DNA of 64,000 nt from the NCBI GenBank assembly GCA_963847445.1, contig CAWJZV010000023.1, positions 32,001-96,000 of the forward strand, written 5' to 3'. Below are positions 25,364 through 35,962 of this stretch, piece by piece. Source of the DNA: an uncultured delta proteobacterium (GTDB taxonomy: Bacteria; Desulfobacterota; Binatia; UBA9968). The notes under the pieces are model-generated. The model ran no database searches and had not been told where the DNA came from. It saw only the letters and a list, made by a program, of their open reading frames with translations. Within the stretch, counting starts at the first letter, position 1, and each line of letters begins with the position of its first letter. Position numbers and translations under genes: made by a program.

Positions 25364-25368
25364 CTCCC

Positions 25369-26277
25369 TTGCCTGTGCATAAGCCGGCGCCATTGGCGCC
25401 GGGAGCGCGCATTGGCGTGGTCGCGCCGGCGGGCTGTGTCGAGCCGGCGTCGCTGCTCGCCGGGGTTGCCGCCATCGAAGCCCAGGGCTACAGCGTGGAA
25501 CTGGCGCCGGGAATTTACCAAACTAACGGTTATCTGGCCGGTGCCGCCGCCGATCGTGGACGAGACCTTGTCAACTTTTTTCGCCGTGACGATATTGCCG
25601 CGATCTTTTGTGCGCGTGGCGGCTTCGGTTCGATCCAAACACTCGAATACCTGGGCCTAGACCTCGAAAAACATCCAAAGCTCTTCGTCGGTTACAGCGA
25701 TATTACGATACTGCTCAACTGGCTGCGCTGCCGCTGCGGCATGGTGACGATTCACGGTCCGATGGTGGCGACTGACCTGGCGCGCGGCTTGAGCGACCGG
25801 AGCCAGGAACATTTTTGGGGCATGTTAGCCGGCCGCAAGCGCGCCTGGAAATTGGCTTTGGGTGAAACCCTGCGGCGCGGCCAAGTCGAGGCAGAGATGA
25901 TCGGCGGTTGTTTATCGATGCTCGTGACCACGCTGGGAACCCCCTACGAGATCGACAGCCGCGGTCAAATCCTGTTTCTTGAAGATGTCGGCGAAGCGCC
26001 CTACCGCGTCGAACGCATGCTCATGCACCTCAAGATGGCCGGCAAGCTTGACCATCTGGCTGGCGTAGTGTTTGGTGATTTTACACTCTGTGCGGATCAG
26101 GGGCCGCGCGATGTCCGGGCGGTGATCGGCGACATATTCGGCCATGCTCCCTATCCGGTGGTGATGGGGTTGCCAGCCGGTCACGGTGAGGAGAATTTTG
26201 CCATGCCCTTTGGCGTCAAGATGCGCCTGGATGGCGACGGCGCAACCTTGGAAATGCTTGAGTCGCCGGTTTTGTAG
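25369..26277 (+). CDS. ldcA: LD-carboxypeptidase (peptidase S66)
   Basis: ARGGFGS, GYSDIT (catalytic Ser), HGP, LEDVGE, GH. Confidence 0.93.
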   Translation: MPVHKPAPLAPGARIGVVAPAGCVEPASLLAGVAAIEAQGYSVELAPGIYQTNGYLAGAAADRGRDLVNFFRRDDIAAIFCARGGFGSIQTLEYLGLDLEKHPKLFVGYSDITILLNWLRCRCGMVTIHGPMVATDLARGLSDRSQEHFWGMLAGRKRAWKLALGETLRRGQVEAEMIGGCLSMLVTTLGTPYEIDSRGQILFLEDVGEAPYRVERMLMHLKMAGKLDHLAGVVFGDFTLCADQGPRDVRAVIGDIFGHAPYPVVMGLPAGHGEENFAMPFGVKMRLDGDGATLEMLESPVL

Positions 26278-26344
26278 CAGCGCTTCGCTCGGCCGTGCGG
26301 CGCGTGTCGACGTCCACGCGCATATCCCGATAATCAAAAATTTT

Positions 26345-27482
26345 ATGGCCATGGATTTTCAACCGGTCGAGAACGCCTTCAACGAAGCGGTGGCTCAAGG
26401 AGTCTTTCCCGGCGCGGTGGTGCTGGTATGCAAGGACGAGCAGGTGGTTTTCGAGAAGAGCGTTCGGCTATCGCTCGTTGTTGCCGCAGAAGAGCCCGAT
26501 GCAGAGCGATACCATCGTTCGATCTCGCCTCGCTGACCAAACCGATGGCGACTACGGTGGCGATCATGTTGCTGGTGCGCGAAGCCAAGCTGCGCATCGA
26601 CGATAAGCTCACCCGCATCCTGCCGACGTTCGGCGTGTTCGGCAAAAGCCTGACGACCTTTCGCCAACTGCTCAACCACTCGTCCGGTCTGGCGGCGTGG
26701 AAGCCGTACCATGAGGAAATCGTCAAAATGGAAAAGGCGGGGCGGATCAACTTCTTGTCGTCAGCCGCGCCGCAAAAAATTATGTGTTGGAGCAAATTCA
26801 CCGCGACAAGCCGCTGAGCGCGCCCGGCGCCCAGACGCTCTACAGCGATCTCGGATTCATGGTGTTGGCCGAAGCCGTCGAGACCATCACCAGCAGTGGG
26901 CTCGACCGTTTCTGCCAGGAGCGCATTTTTAAACCTCTCGGACTTCGTTCCACTGGCTTTGTCGATCTTACCGAGCTGCGCAAGCGCCGGCTGCAACCGG
27001 TCGAAGCGATGATCGCGCCCACCGAGAACTGTCCGTGGCGCAAAAAAATTCTTTGCGGCGAAGTCCATGACGACAACGCCTACGCGATGGGCGGGGTGTG
27101 CGGCCATGCCGGGCTTTTCTCCTCGGCGCGCGACGTGCATACTTTTCTCCTGCGCATGAACCGCTGTCTGCACGGCAAGGACGATTTCTTGCCGCAATCG
27201 GTCGTGCAGGAATTTTTCACTAGGGATACTTCGGTGCCGAACTCGACCTATGCACTGGGCTGGGACACGCCGTCGCCGGCCAATTCGTCGAGCGGCACGC
27301 TGTTTTCGCCCCGTTCGGTCGGCCATCTCGGTTTCACCGGCTGCTCGATGTGGTGGGACCTCGAAAAAAATTGTCATGTCATCCTATTGACCAACCGGGT
27401 GCACCCAAGCCGCAAGAATGAAAAGATTCGCGACTTCCGTCCCCAGGTACACGACCTGATTATGAAAGCGCTTTTTCCATGA
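26345..27482 (+). CDS. Beta-lactamase-fold serine hydrolase, AmiE/YbbE-like (frameshifts)
   Basis: DLASLTK (SxxK), YSD, GEVHDDNAYAMGGVCGHAGLFS, GHLGFTG. Confidence 0.85.
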
Positions 27483-28898
27483 GCGATTTGCCGCCCGCCG
27501 GCAGCCATATTCATTTGACCGCGATCTGCGGCGTCGGCATGGCCTCCCTGGCGGGGCTGCTGAAGGCGCGCGGCTATCGCGTCACCGGTTCGGATCAAAA
27601 TATTTATCCGCCGATGAGCACCTATCTGGCGGATATCGGCATTAACGTGCTCGCCGGCTTTCGCGCCGAGCATCTCGTGCCGCGACCCGATCTCGTGGTC
27701 ATCGGCAACGCGGTGTCGCGAAACAATCCCGAAGCCGAAGCGGTGTTGGACCAGGGCATCGATTACATTTCGTTTCCCCAGGCGCTGGGCCGCTTTCTCA
27801 TCGGCGCGCGCAGTTCATTGGTGGTCGCCGGCACCCATGGGAAGACCACCACCTGCGCGTTGGCCGCCTGGGTGCTGACCAGCGCCGGACTCGATCCGGG
27901 TTTCTTTGTCGGCGGTGTGCCGCTCAATTTCGGCAGCGGCTGGAATGCCGGTACGGGCGAGCATGTGGTGCTCGAAGGCGACGAGTATGACACGGCATTT
28001 TTCGACAAGGGGCCGAAGTTTCTCCACTACCGGCCGCGCCATGTCATCCTGACCAGCGTCGAGTTCGACCACGCCGATATTTACCGCGATCTCGATCATG
28101 TGAAGAGCGCGTTTCGCCAAGCTGGTCGACATCATTCCCGCCGATGGATCGTTGGTGGTTTGCAGCGATTATCCGGACGGCGGTTGCGCTGAGCCGCGCG
28201 CGTCGAAAGCGCCGTCGGCAACCTATGGCGAGTCCGGCGATTGGACCGCCGCAAAATGTCAAGTTCGACCAGGGGCGAAGCTTCTTCGAACCCTGTTTCA
28301 AGGGCCGATCCGAAGGTGTGATCGAGGCCGCGGTCATCGGCCGGCACAATGTCAAAAATGCTCTGGCGGTCTACGCTATGGGCCGAACCATGGGCATCGC
28401 CGCGCGAAACTGCTCGACGGCTTTCGCACTTTCAAAGGGGTCAAACGGCGCCAAGAAGTGCGCGGCGAAAAGCGCGGTGTAACCGTAATCGACGACTTCG
28501 CCCATCATCCGACCGCGGTGCGCGAAACCATCGACGCGGTGCGCGGTGCTTACGCCGGCCGCCGGCTCTGGGCGATCTTCGAGCCGCGCAGCAATACCAG
28601 CAAACGCAATGTTTTCGAAAATGAATTCGCCGCGGCGTTGGCACTGGCCGATCAAACCATTGTTGCCGGCGTCTATCAGCCCGAGAGAGTGCCGGAAGAC
28701 CAACGCTTGTCGGTCCAAGACCTGGTCGGCGAAATTAACCGCATTGGCGGTGCTGGGCGGGCGCTGACGATTGCCGACTCGGCGGCCATCGCTGAATATG
28801 TCGCGCGCCATAGCCGGGCAGGGGACGTGCTGCTGGTGATGTCCAACGGCGGCTTTGACGCCGTCCATGATAAGATTCTCCAGGCCCTAGCCGGTTAG
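27479..28898 (+). CDS. mpl: Murein tripeptide ligase Mpl (frameshifts at 28115-28410)
   Basis: ICGVGMASLA, IYPPMST, GTHGKTTT, EGDEYDTAFFDKGPKFLHY, DDFAHHPT, FEPRSNT, MSNGGF. Confidence 0.93.
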
Positions 28899-29113
28899 AT
28901 AGCGCTGAGCGCATTCCTCGCTGCAAAAAAACTTTCCCTGGCGCGCCACGGCTGCTGATTTCGCCACATAGGCTTGGCATTGAGGGTCGAGCACCATCTC
29001 TTCGCCGAGGCGCGCCTGGTCCGCCGTTTTCTTACCGCCGCGAGCAGCGGCTTGAGCGCCGCATAGACGATATAGATGACGAGGCAAAGAACCAGCAGGC
29101 GGAGCAGAGTCAT
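28887..29113 (-). CDS. Small membrane-anchored YHS/TRASH-like metal-binding protein (frameshift)
   Basis: N-terminal TM (MTLLRLLVLCLVIYIVY) plus MVLDPQCQAYV...FFCSEEC. Confidence 0.75.
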
Positions 29114-29145
29114 GTCGCTCCTAGGTCGATGGCAGAAGTGCTGCC

Positions 29146-29649
29146 TTAGGCATGGTAGAGATGGATCTTTTTGTCGTCTTTGACGTTGATGAGCAGCTCT
29201 GAGATCGTCACCCCGAGTTCTGGATGAATCACCTGCGGCGCGATCTCGCTCAACGGGATCAGGACGAACTTGCGGCTGGCCATTTCCGGGTGGGGAATGC
29301 GCAGGTTCTTTTTCTTCACCACCGCGAGATCGAACAGCAAGATATCGAGATCGATAATTCGCGCGCCCCAGCGTTTCTTCACCTTCTTGCGGCCCATGGC
29401 GCGCTCGATGTTTTTGAATTTTTCGAGCAGCGCCTCCGGTTTGAACTTGGTTTCGATTTCGATGGCGCCGTTGACGTACCAGTCTTTGGAATCACCCAGC
29501 GGTTCGCTTTCGTAGAGCGACGATTCCTTGATCACCCGGGTGTCGGGCAGTTTGCCGACGCGCTCCACGGCCTCAAAAAAGTTCTCCCGCTTGTTGCCGA
29601 CATTGGAGCCGATGCCGATGTAGACTTGATGGGTGATGACGTTGGCCAT
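29146..29649 (-). CDS. folK: HPPK, 6-hydroxymethyl-7,8-dihydropterin pyrophosphokinase
   Basis: IGIGSNVG, SSLYESEP, WGARIIDLDIL, IPHP. Confidence 0.96.
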   Translation of the reverse strand: MANVITHQVYIGIGSNVGNKRENFFEAVERVGKLPDTRVIKESSLYESEPLGDSKDWYVNGAIEIETKFKPEALLEKFKNIERAMGRKKVKKRWGARIIDLDILLFDLAVVKKKNLRIPHPEMASRKFVLIPLSEIAPQVIHPELGVTISELLINVKDDKKIHLYHA

Positions 29650-29672
29650 AGTGCCGTCTGGGATAGGCCGTG

Positions 29673-30845
29673 CTAGAGCTTGACGCGGCGAATCCTTTCC
29701 GCTACCTCCCGGAGTCGTTCTTTATCGACACAAACGGTAAAACGGACATAGCCTTCGCCGGCTTCCCCGAAACCATTGCCGGGAGTCGTGACCACGCCGG
29801 CCTCGTCGAGCAATTTGCTGGTGAAATCGGCTGACGAAAGCCCTTTGGGACAGCTCACCCAGACGTAAAACGTCGCCTTGGGTTTGTCGCACTCGAGACC
29901 GACCGCTCGCAAACCATCGACCAGGATATCGCGACGTTCCTGGTAAATCTTGCGCGACGGCTCGACGATCTGGTCGCCCAGGCGGAGCGCTTCGATGCCG
30001 GCTTCTTGCACGGCTTGAAAGATGCCCGAGTCGAGATTGGATTTCGCCTGGGCCAAACCGCCAACGATTTCCGGATTGCCGACCGCCATGCCGATGCGCC
30101 AGCCGGTCATGTTGAAGGTCTTGGACAGCGAGTGAAATTCGATGCCGACTTCGCGCGCGCCGTCGACTTCGAGAAAGCTCATCGGCCGATAGCCGTCAAA
30201 TCCCATCTCGGTATAGGCGGCATCATGGCAGACGATGACGTTATACTTGTTGGCGAAGGCGACCACCCGCTGATAAAAATCCTTGTCGGCGACTGCGGCA
30301 GTCGGATTGTTCGGATAGTTGATCCAGAGCAATTTGGCCTGCTTGGCCACGTCCGCCGGGATCGCGTCCAGGTCCGGCAGGAAATGATTCTCTTTCCTCA
30401 GTGGGAGAAAATAGTTCGTGCCGCCATTGAAGGCGGTGCCGATATGGTAGACCGGATAACAAGGACTCGAGACCAGGACGATGTCGCCGGGATCGACGAA
30501 GGCCACCGCCATGTTGCCGATACCTTCTTTTGAGCCGATTAACGAGCAGACTTCTTTGCCTGGATCCAGGGTCACGCCAAAACGAGATTTGTACCAGGTC
30601 GAAACCGCCTGGCGGAATTCCGCCATTCCCGAGCTATTGGGATAGCGATGGTTCGCCGGCCGGCTGGCGCCTTCTAACAGTTTCTCGACGACAGTTGCCG
30701 GTGTCGGGATATCGGGATCGCCGATGCCAAGATCGATGAGGTCGACGCCGCGGCTCAACGCTTCGCGCTTGCGGCGGTCGATTTCAGCAAAGAGGTAAGG
30801 CGGTAAATCGTTGATTCGTTTGGCTTTTTTTATGGTGAGGGACAA
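29673..30845 (-). CDS. dapL: LL-diaminopimelate aminotransferase
   Basis: LPPYLFAEID, LGIGDPD, GSKEGI, NYPNNPT, EFHSLSKTFNMTGWRIG; adjacent to folK. Confidence 0.85.
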   Translation of the reverse strand: MSLTIKKAKRINDLPPYLFAEIDRRKREALSRGVDLIDLGIGDPDIPTPATVVEKLLEGASRPANHRYPNSSGMAEFRQAVSTWYKSRFGVTLDPGKEVCSLIGSKEGIGNMAVAFVDPGDIVLVSSPCYPVYHIGTAFNGGTNYFLPLRKENHFLPDLDAIPADVAKQAKLLWINYPNNPTAAVADKDFYQRVVAFANKYNVIVCHDAAYTEMGFDGYRPMSFLEVDGAREVGIEFHSLSKTFNMTGWRIGMAVGNPEIVGGLAQAKSNLDSGIFQAVQEAGIEALRLGDQIVEPSRKIYQERRDILVDGLRAVGLECDKPKATFYVWVSCPKGLSSADFTSKLLDEAGVVTTPGNGFGEAGEGYVRFTVCVDKERLREVAERIRRVKL

Positions 30846-30965
30846 TGCTCGCGGTCCTCCGTTAGAAAATCGAACTGGTTTTACCTGTTTTTTGCCGTTT
30901 TGACAACTGTCTCGATTATTCCCGTTTTTGCCATAGTTGGTAGAAGTGGTTAGGATGGGTTGACT

Positions 30966-31463
30966 ATGGACCTGATTATCGATGGCTACAACTTACTCGC
31001 GCTCGACAAGCGTTTGGATCGCGGGCTGGAACAGAGTCGCAATTCACTGATCAATAATTTAGTGCGCTATCGGCAAGCGAAGCCGATGAATTTGACAGTT
31101 GTCTTCGATGGCTGGCGTTCCGGTTCCGCCAGCGAAACCCGTCTCGCCCAAGATGGAATCGCGATTGTCTATTCACGCCTGGGCGAAAAAGCCGATGCCG
31201 TGGTCATTCGGCTGGCGCGGGAAAAAAACAGTGGCGCAGCGGTGGTGTCGTCGGATCGCGAAATTCGCAACGCCGTGGAACGCTTCGGCGCGGTGGCGAT
31301 TCACGCCCACGAGTTTAGCGAGATCTTACAACAGTTGGACAATCCCGGTGGCGCAGATGCGTTTGACGATTGGCAAGATCGCCCTTCCGATCGAGGCGGC
31401 GCTAATCGATTGTCGAAAGCGGAACGCAAGCGCCAGGACAAACTTAGAAAGCTCCGTCTCTAG
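30966..31463 (+). CDS. NYN domain (YacP/Rae1-like) ribonuclease
   Basis: IIDGYNL, VVFDG, ADAVV, VSSDREI. Confidence 0.88.
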   Translation: MDLIIDGYNLLALDKRLDRGLEQSRNSLINNLVRYRQAKPMNLTVVFDGWRSGSASETRLAQDGIAIVYSRLGEKADAVVIRLAREKNSGAAVVSSDREIRNAVERFGAVAIHAHEFSEILQQLDNPGGADAFDDWQDRPSDRGGANRLSKAERKRQDKLRKLRL

Positions 31464-31508
31464 ATTGCTAGCGGTCTGTAACAGGCTTTTTCAGCAGTCT
31501 GCTCGGGA

Positions 31509-32180
31509 TCACTTGGTTTCGCGGCGCTCGACCTTGATCAATAGGCCGTTGTGAAATATCAGCACCGAGCCGTCAGCGTAATGCCAATGCTCTTCGGCGA
31601 CCTTGATCGGACCTTGCACTTTTATCACCCGGCTCGGCGCCCCCAACACCTTTTTCACTTCGGCGCCGGTCAATCCTGGAACAGGCTGTCGCTTAATCGC
31701 CGCCTCTTTGACCGCTGGCGACCAAGGCTGAGCGCGGATCCATTCGACCCGTTTTTTGTCGGCCTCGGCGACTTCGGCGATTTTTCGCTTTTCTTCGGCC
31801 GCGGGATCGGTGGTGACAATCGTCAGATTTAACGCCTCGAGAAATTGCTCTGGGCTGATATATCCTTCTTGGCCGTTCTCACGCTTGATTTTGTAGTAGG
31901 GATTTTTGGTTGCTTGTCCCACCAGGGCCGAGATCTGAAAGGATTCAACCGTATCGACGCGAGCCAGTTTGGCATTTGCTGCCGGCGCGGTGGCGAAGCT
32001 CGGCCCCTTGCCGTCCACCGGTTGGCTCCAAAATATTTGCCCCACCCGGGTGGCCAAGGCTTCCATTTGCTTGGCGGTGTAGTGGCGTGATGGCCAAGCC
32101 GGCTGGCTGAAGCAGAGCAGTAGTAAAGCGCATAGCGATGCGGCAAATGTGCGGCGGTTTTTCTTTGTTGAGTGGTTCAT
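31509..32180 (-). CDS. Hypothetical exported protein with SmpA/OmlA-like C-terminus
   Basis: Signal peptide; GLTGAEVKKVLGAP...WHY..FHNGLL. Confidence 0.65.
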   Translation of the reverse strand: MNHSTKKNRRTFAASLCALLLLCFSQPAWPSRHYTAKQMEALATRVGQIFWSQPVDGKGPSFATAPAANAKLARVDTVESFQISALVGQATKNPYYKIKRENGQEGYISPEQFLEALNLTIVTTDPAAEEKRKIAEVAEADKKRVEWIRAQPWSPAVKEAAIKRQPVPGLTGAEVKKVLGAPSRVIKVQGPIKVAEEHWHYADGSVLIFHNGLLIKVERRETK

Positions 32181-32313
32181 CGATCGATGTTGTCGGTAAA
32201 TTTGACGATCCTAGTTGGCAAAGCATTGCTCGGTAAAATCTACCAGCTCTGGGCCGCGACGCAAGCCTGCAGCATGGGCGCGGACGATTGAGCGCGGTGC
32301 GGCTGGGGAAAAT

Positions 32314-32338
32314 AAAAAAGGGGTCGTGAAGACCCCTT
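32314..32338 (-). terminator. Rho-independent terminator after tRNA
   Basis: aaggggtc-ttcac-gacccctt followed by tttt on the minus strand. Confidence 0.8.
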
Positions 32339-32346
32339 AAGATATT

Positions 32347-32423
32347 TGGTTGCGGGGCCGGGATTTGAACCCGGGACCTCAAGGTTATGAGCCTTGCGAG
32401 CTGCCAGACTGCTCCACCCCGCG
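32347..32423 (-). tRNA. tRNA-Met(CAT), initiator (fMet) type
   Basis: cgcggggtggagcagtctggcagctcgcaaggctCATaaccttgaggtcccgggttcaaatcccggccccgcaacca; C1:A72 mismatch, TTCAAAT T-loop, encoded CCA. Confidence 0.96.
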
Positions 32424-32483
32424 ATAATTAGTGAGTGATCTTTCTACCTTGCGCTTTTCATGGAGTCAAGGTAGGCAAGCGGC

Positions 32484-32906
32484 ATGAGTGAAACTTTTCG
32501 CAACCCCTTGCCGACTATAGATATCATTATTGAAATCGACGACGGCATTGTCCTGATCGAGAGAAAAAATCCGCCTCCGGGTTGGGCGATGCCGGGGGGA
32601 TTCGTCGACTACGGCGAGAGCGTGGAGCGCGCCGCGGTGCGCGAAGCCAAGGAAGAAACTTGTTTGGACGTGCATCTGACGGAACAGTTCTACACCTACT
32701 CCGATCCCAAGCGCGATCCGCGCCACCACACTTTGGCGGTGGTGTTTATCGCCACGGCGCAGGGAAAACCGCGCGGCGCCGACGATGCCCGAGAGGCAAG
32801 AATATTTTCTGAAAATAATTTGCCAACGCCGATGGCATTCGATCACGCGGCTATTCTGCGCGATTATTTTCACTTCAAGAAAACCGGTCAACGGCCCAAG
32901 CCGTGA
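32484..32906 (+). CDS. NUDIX hydrolase (ADP-ribose pyrophosphatase-like)
   Basis: Nudix box [22 protein letters not shown]; SDPKRDPR; AFDH. Confidence 0.93.
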   Translation: MSETFRNPLPTIDIIIEIDDGIVLIERKNPPPGWAMPGGFVDYGESVERAAVREAKEETCLDVHLTEQFYTYSDPKRDPRHHTLAVVFIATAQGKPRGADDAREARIFSENNLPTPMAFDHAAILRDYFHFKKTGQRPKP

Positions 32907-33000
32907 TGCGATTCGATCGGCAGGATTGACCACCGAGCCACACGTATCCTAGCGCAGCTCCCAGGCAATCCACTGGGAAATAGTTTTTTACCACAAAAAA

Positions 33001-33320
33001 CTAGCGCGACGCAGCCGCAAGCGAAACTCGGATTATCTCCTGCAAAGTAATTCATGTACCAATCGGTACAACACAGCAAATGAAAATGAGCTGCGCCACG
33101 TTCAAAGCAACGACGGAAAATCCCCCAGTGGCCCCCTTTGCCAAAGGGGGCGGGCCGAAGGACCGGGGGATTTTTGCCTCTAGTCGGCATTTTCATAAGA
33201 GGCGCAAAGGCCGCAAAGGCCGGCAAAAATGGTGAAGATAGTTTGTAGTATTATCTATCTTTACCCTCCGAACTTGGCGTGCTTTGCGCCTTGGTGGGAG
33301 GAATATCCGTGTCCGAGAAT
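33001..33320. repeat. Cluster of intergenic repeats
   Basis: ctagcgcgacgcagccgcaagcgaa at 33001; ccccctttgccaaaggggg hairpin near 33132; gcgcaaaggccgcaaag...ctttgcgcc near 33200-33290. Confidence 0.6.
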
Positions 33321-33461
33321 ATTTGAATTGCGCGAGGGGCCCGGCGCAGGATCTGCGATCGCTTGATAAGACGATTACTTTATTATTAGCTTAACCAGCC
33401 GTCAGGAAAGTTGCATTGAAGAAAACAGTTGATTTAGCCCAACCATAAAAAGGATTGCGAC

Positions 33462-35924
33462 ATGGCTGACAAAGTCATTCGGTTGGATTCACGCCGGGAC
33501 GTCGAGGCGATCGCATGGGCGAAGGAGCTGCGCGAAACCGATGGCTGGTTTCACAGCTCGCGCTTCCGCCATATTACCCGTCTGCATTCGGCAGCCGAGG
33601 TCGTCTCCTTGCGCGGCAATTTGCAGGCCGATCATACGATTGCCAAACAATCGGCGCTAAAACTCTTCGATTACTTGCAGCGCTTGTTCCGGGACAAGAA
33701 ACAAGAGACCACCTATGGCCCGTATTCGCCCACCGGCGCGGTGCGCGCGGTCATGGAAGGCATCAAGGTGCTTTATCTCGGCGGCTGGGCGACGTCAGCC
33801 AAGGGCTCCGAATCCGAAGACCCGGGCGCCGACTTGGCCAACTATGCTTTGGATCGGGTGCCCAAAGAGGGTGGCGCCTGGGTGCGCGCGCTCATGCACC
33901 AGGACGAAGTGCAACGTTCGCGGCGTATCCGCATGTCTTCGCTGCAGCGCAAAAAGACTCGCCCCATCGAGTTCAGCCCGCCGCTGATTATTCCCGATGG
34001 CGATACCGGCCACGGTGGCGAGCACCATACGCGCAACCTGGTTAAGACCTTCGTCGAAAACAACATCGGCGCGATCCATATTGAAGACCAGCGCGCCGGC
34101 AGCAAGGTTTGCGGCCACCAGGGGCAGAAAGTTTTGGTGTCGACCTCCGAGATGATTTCGCGTCTCAATGCCGCGCGGCTGCAATACGACATTATGCAGG
34201 TGCCGGGCGTGATCGTCGCCCGCACCGACTCCAATGACGCTACGGCCATCGACAGCGTCGACGATGACCGCGACCATCCCTTTGTCTACGGCGCGACCAA
34301 TCCGGATATCGTTCCGTTCAAGAATGTCAGCCTGGCGGTGATTCGCAAGTTTTACCAGAAAGGCTTCAAGGATATTAATGGCCATCTGCTCTACAAGATT
34401 TCCGAGCAAGCCTACGCCGACGCGGATAAATGGCTCAAGCAGGAGCATCTCGTCGAGCGCATTACCGAGGGCATCGAGCGCATCGACAACGAAGTCGCTG
34501 CGCTGAAAAAATTGCGCCAGCGGGTGCGGCGCCCGGGCAAGGGCCAGCACGACTTTCGCGAGCAGCTGGCCGCACTGGAACTCACCGTTAAAAAGGTCAT
34601 CGAAGAAACCGTCGACGAGGTCATTGCTAATATCCGCCAGGAGTGGGCGGAGAAAGCCCGGCTCAAGACCTTTGCCGAAGCGGTGGCGGAAGTGCTCGAG
34701 GGCGGCGGCAAGAGCAAAGGCAGGCAGGCGATGTCCGTCGACCGCTGGAAGAAATTTGCCGGCGCCGTGTCCAATGGCGAGGCGCGCGCCCGCGCGGCGT
34801 CGATGGGTATCGATGTCTTCTGGGATTGGGACCTGCCAAGAACCCCGGAAGGCTTTTACGTCATCGCCGGCGGCCGCGACATGGCCACCGCCAGAGGTTT
34901 GGCCACCGCACCGTTTGCCGATCTGATCTGGCGCGAAACGGCCAAGCCCGACCTGGCGGATGACAAAGCCTGGGCCGATGCCATTCACGCGGCCTATCCG
35001 GAAAGCTTGTTGGCTTATAACTTATCGCCGTCCTGGAATTGGGATGTCTGGGGATTTACCGACGATCAGATTCGCAATTTTGCCAACGAGCTGGGGAAAA
35101 TGGGTTACGTCTTCAACTTCATCACCTATGGCGGCCACCAGACCGAGGCGTTGATGAACGGCCGCCTGGCGCGAGCCTTAAAGGAAGAAGGCGTGCTCGG
35201 CTTTGTCCGATTGATTCAGCGCGCCCTGCGCCTGGCCCATGATCCGGCGCAATTTCCGCAGAGCTTTGTCGGCGGCGACTGGGCCGACCGTTTCCGCCGC
35301 GCCGCGCGCGGCGCATCGCTCACGAGCTCCTCCATGGGCGGAAAATCGACGGAAACCCAGCATCGCAAAGCCGTCGAGGTTCCCACCAGCGTGCTAGAGA
35401 AATGGCTGGGCATGTGGGCCGAGCACTGGCACCGCCAGGGTCTTTATCAGGGCGGCGCCTTGAGCGTCGAATTGAAAGAGCGCTGGGCCGGCTCCGAAGA
35501 TATGATGCTCAACCTGTTCGACGAGGCGCACGACAAAATCGCCGAGATCATTTTCCGCGTCGACAAGGATCGCGCAGGACGAAAGTTTCTCGCGGTCAAG
35601 GACCAGAATACCATTAAAAAATTTCGCTCGCGGCGACTGATGACGTTGATGCATTTTTTCCTCCTGCATCGCTACAAAACCGAATTGGTGCATTACGTGA
35701 CGCCGACCAATGACAATCGCTTGTCGGTGCAGCGGATGATCCAAAACGGCGTGTTTCGCGCGTCGCGCACCGACGACCCGCATATCATCGCCATGGAAGT
35801 GGACAGCGCGCGCGGCCAGAAGATCTTCGCCAATGAAGACTCGATCAGAAAGTTTATCGCGCGTCAGTTCAAACCGGTGGAGCGGCCGATCGTCAACCGG
35901 CGCACGGCGGGCCGCGGCGCTTGA
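33462..35924 (+). CDS. aceA: Isocitrate lyase, long ICL2 type with C-terminal GNAT-like (acyl-CoA-binding) domain
   Basis: [54 protein letters not shown]; C-terminal RLMTLMH..HYVTPT.DN; adjacent to glcB. Confidence 0.9.
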   Translation: MADKVIRLDSRRDVEAIAWAKELRETDGWFHSSRFRHITRLHSAAEVVSLRGNLQADHTIAKQSALKLFDYLQRLFRDKKQETTYGPYSPTGAVRAVMEGIKVLYLGGWATSAKGSESEDPGADLANYALDRVPKEGGAWVRALMHQDEVQRSRRIRMSSLQRKKTRPIEFSPPLIIPDGDTGHGGEHHTRNLVKTFVENNIGAIHIEDQRAGSKVCGHQGQKVLVSTSEMISRLNAARLQYDIMQVPGVIVARTDSNDATAIDSVDDDRDHPFVYGATNPDIVPFKNVSLAVIRKFYQKGFKDINGHLLYKISEQAYADADKWLKQEHLVERITEGIERIDNEVAALKKLRQRVRRPGKGQHDFREQLAALELTVKKVIEETVDEVIANIRQEWAEKARLKTFAEAVAEVLEGGGKSKGRQAMSVDRWKKFAGAVSNGEARARAASMGIDVFWDWDLPRTPEGFYVIAGGRDMATARGLATAPFADLIWRETAKPDLADDKAWADAIHAAYPESLLAYNLSPSWNWDVWGFTDDQIRNFANELGKMGYVFNFITYGGHQTEALMNGRLARALKEEGVLGFVRLIQRALRLAHDPAQFPQSFVGGDWADRFRRAARGASLTSSSMGGKSTETQHRKAVEVPTSVLEKWLGMWAEHWHRQGLYQGGALSVELKERWAGSEDMMLNLFDEAHDKIAEIIFRVDKDRAGRKFLAVKDQNTIKKFRSRRLMTLMHFFLLHRYKTELVHYVTPTNDNRLSVQRMIQNGVFRASRTDDPHIIAMEVDSARGQKIFANEDSIRKFIARQFKPVERPIVNRRTAGRGA

Positions 35925-35962
35925 CAGCGGTGGCAACGACTGGCGAAGGAAAGCATAGGCCA

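Noticed and set aside
31509-32346. Genomic island integrated at tRNA-Met
   Set aside because: No integrase or duplicated tRNA 3' end seen; an intact terminator follows the tRNA
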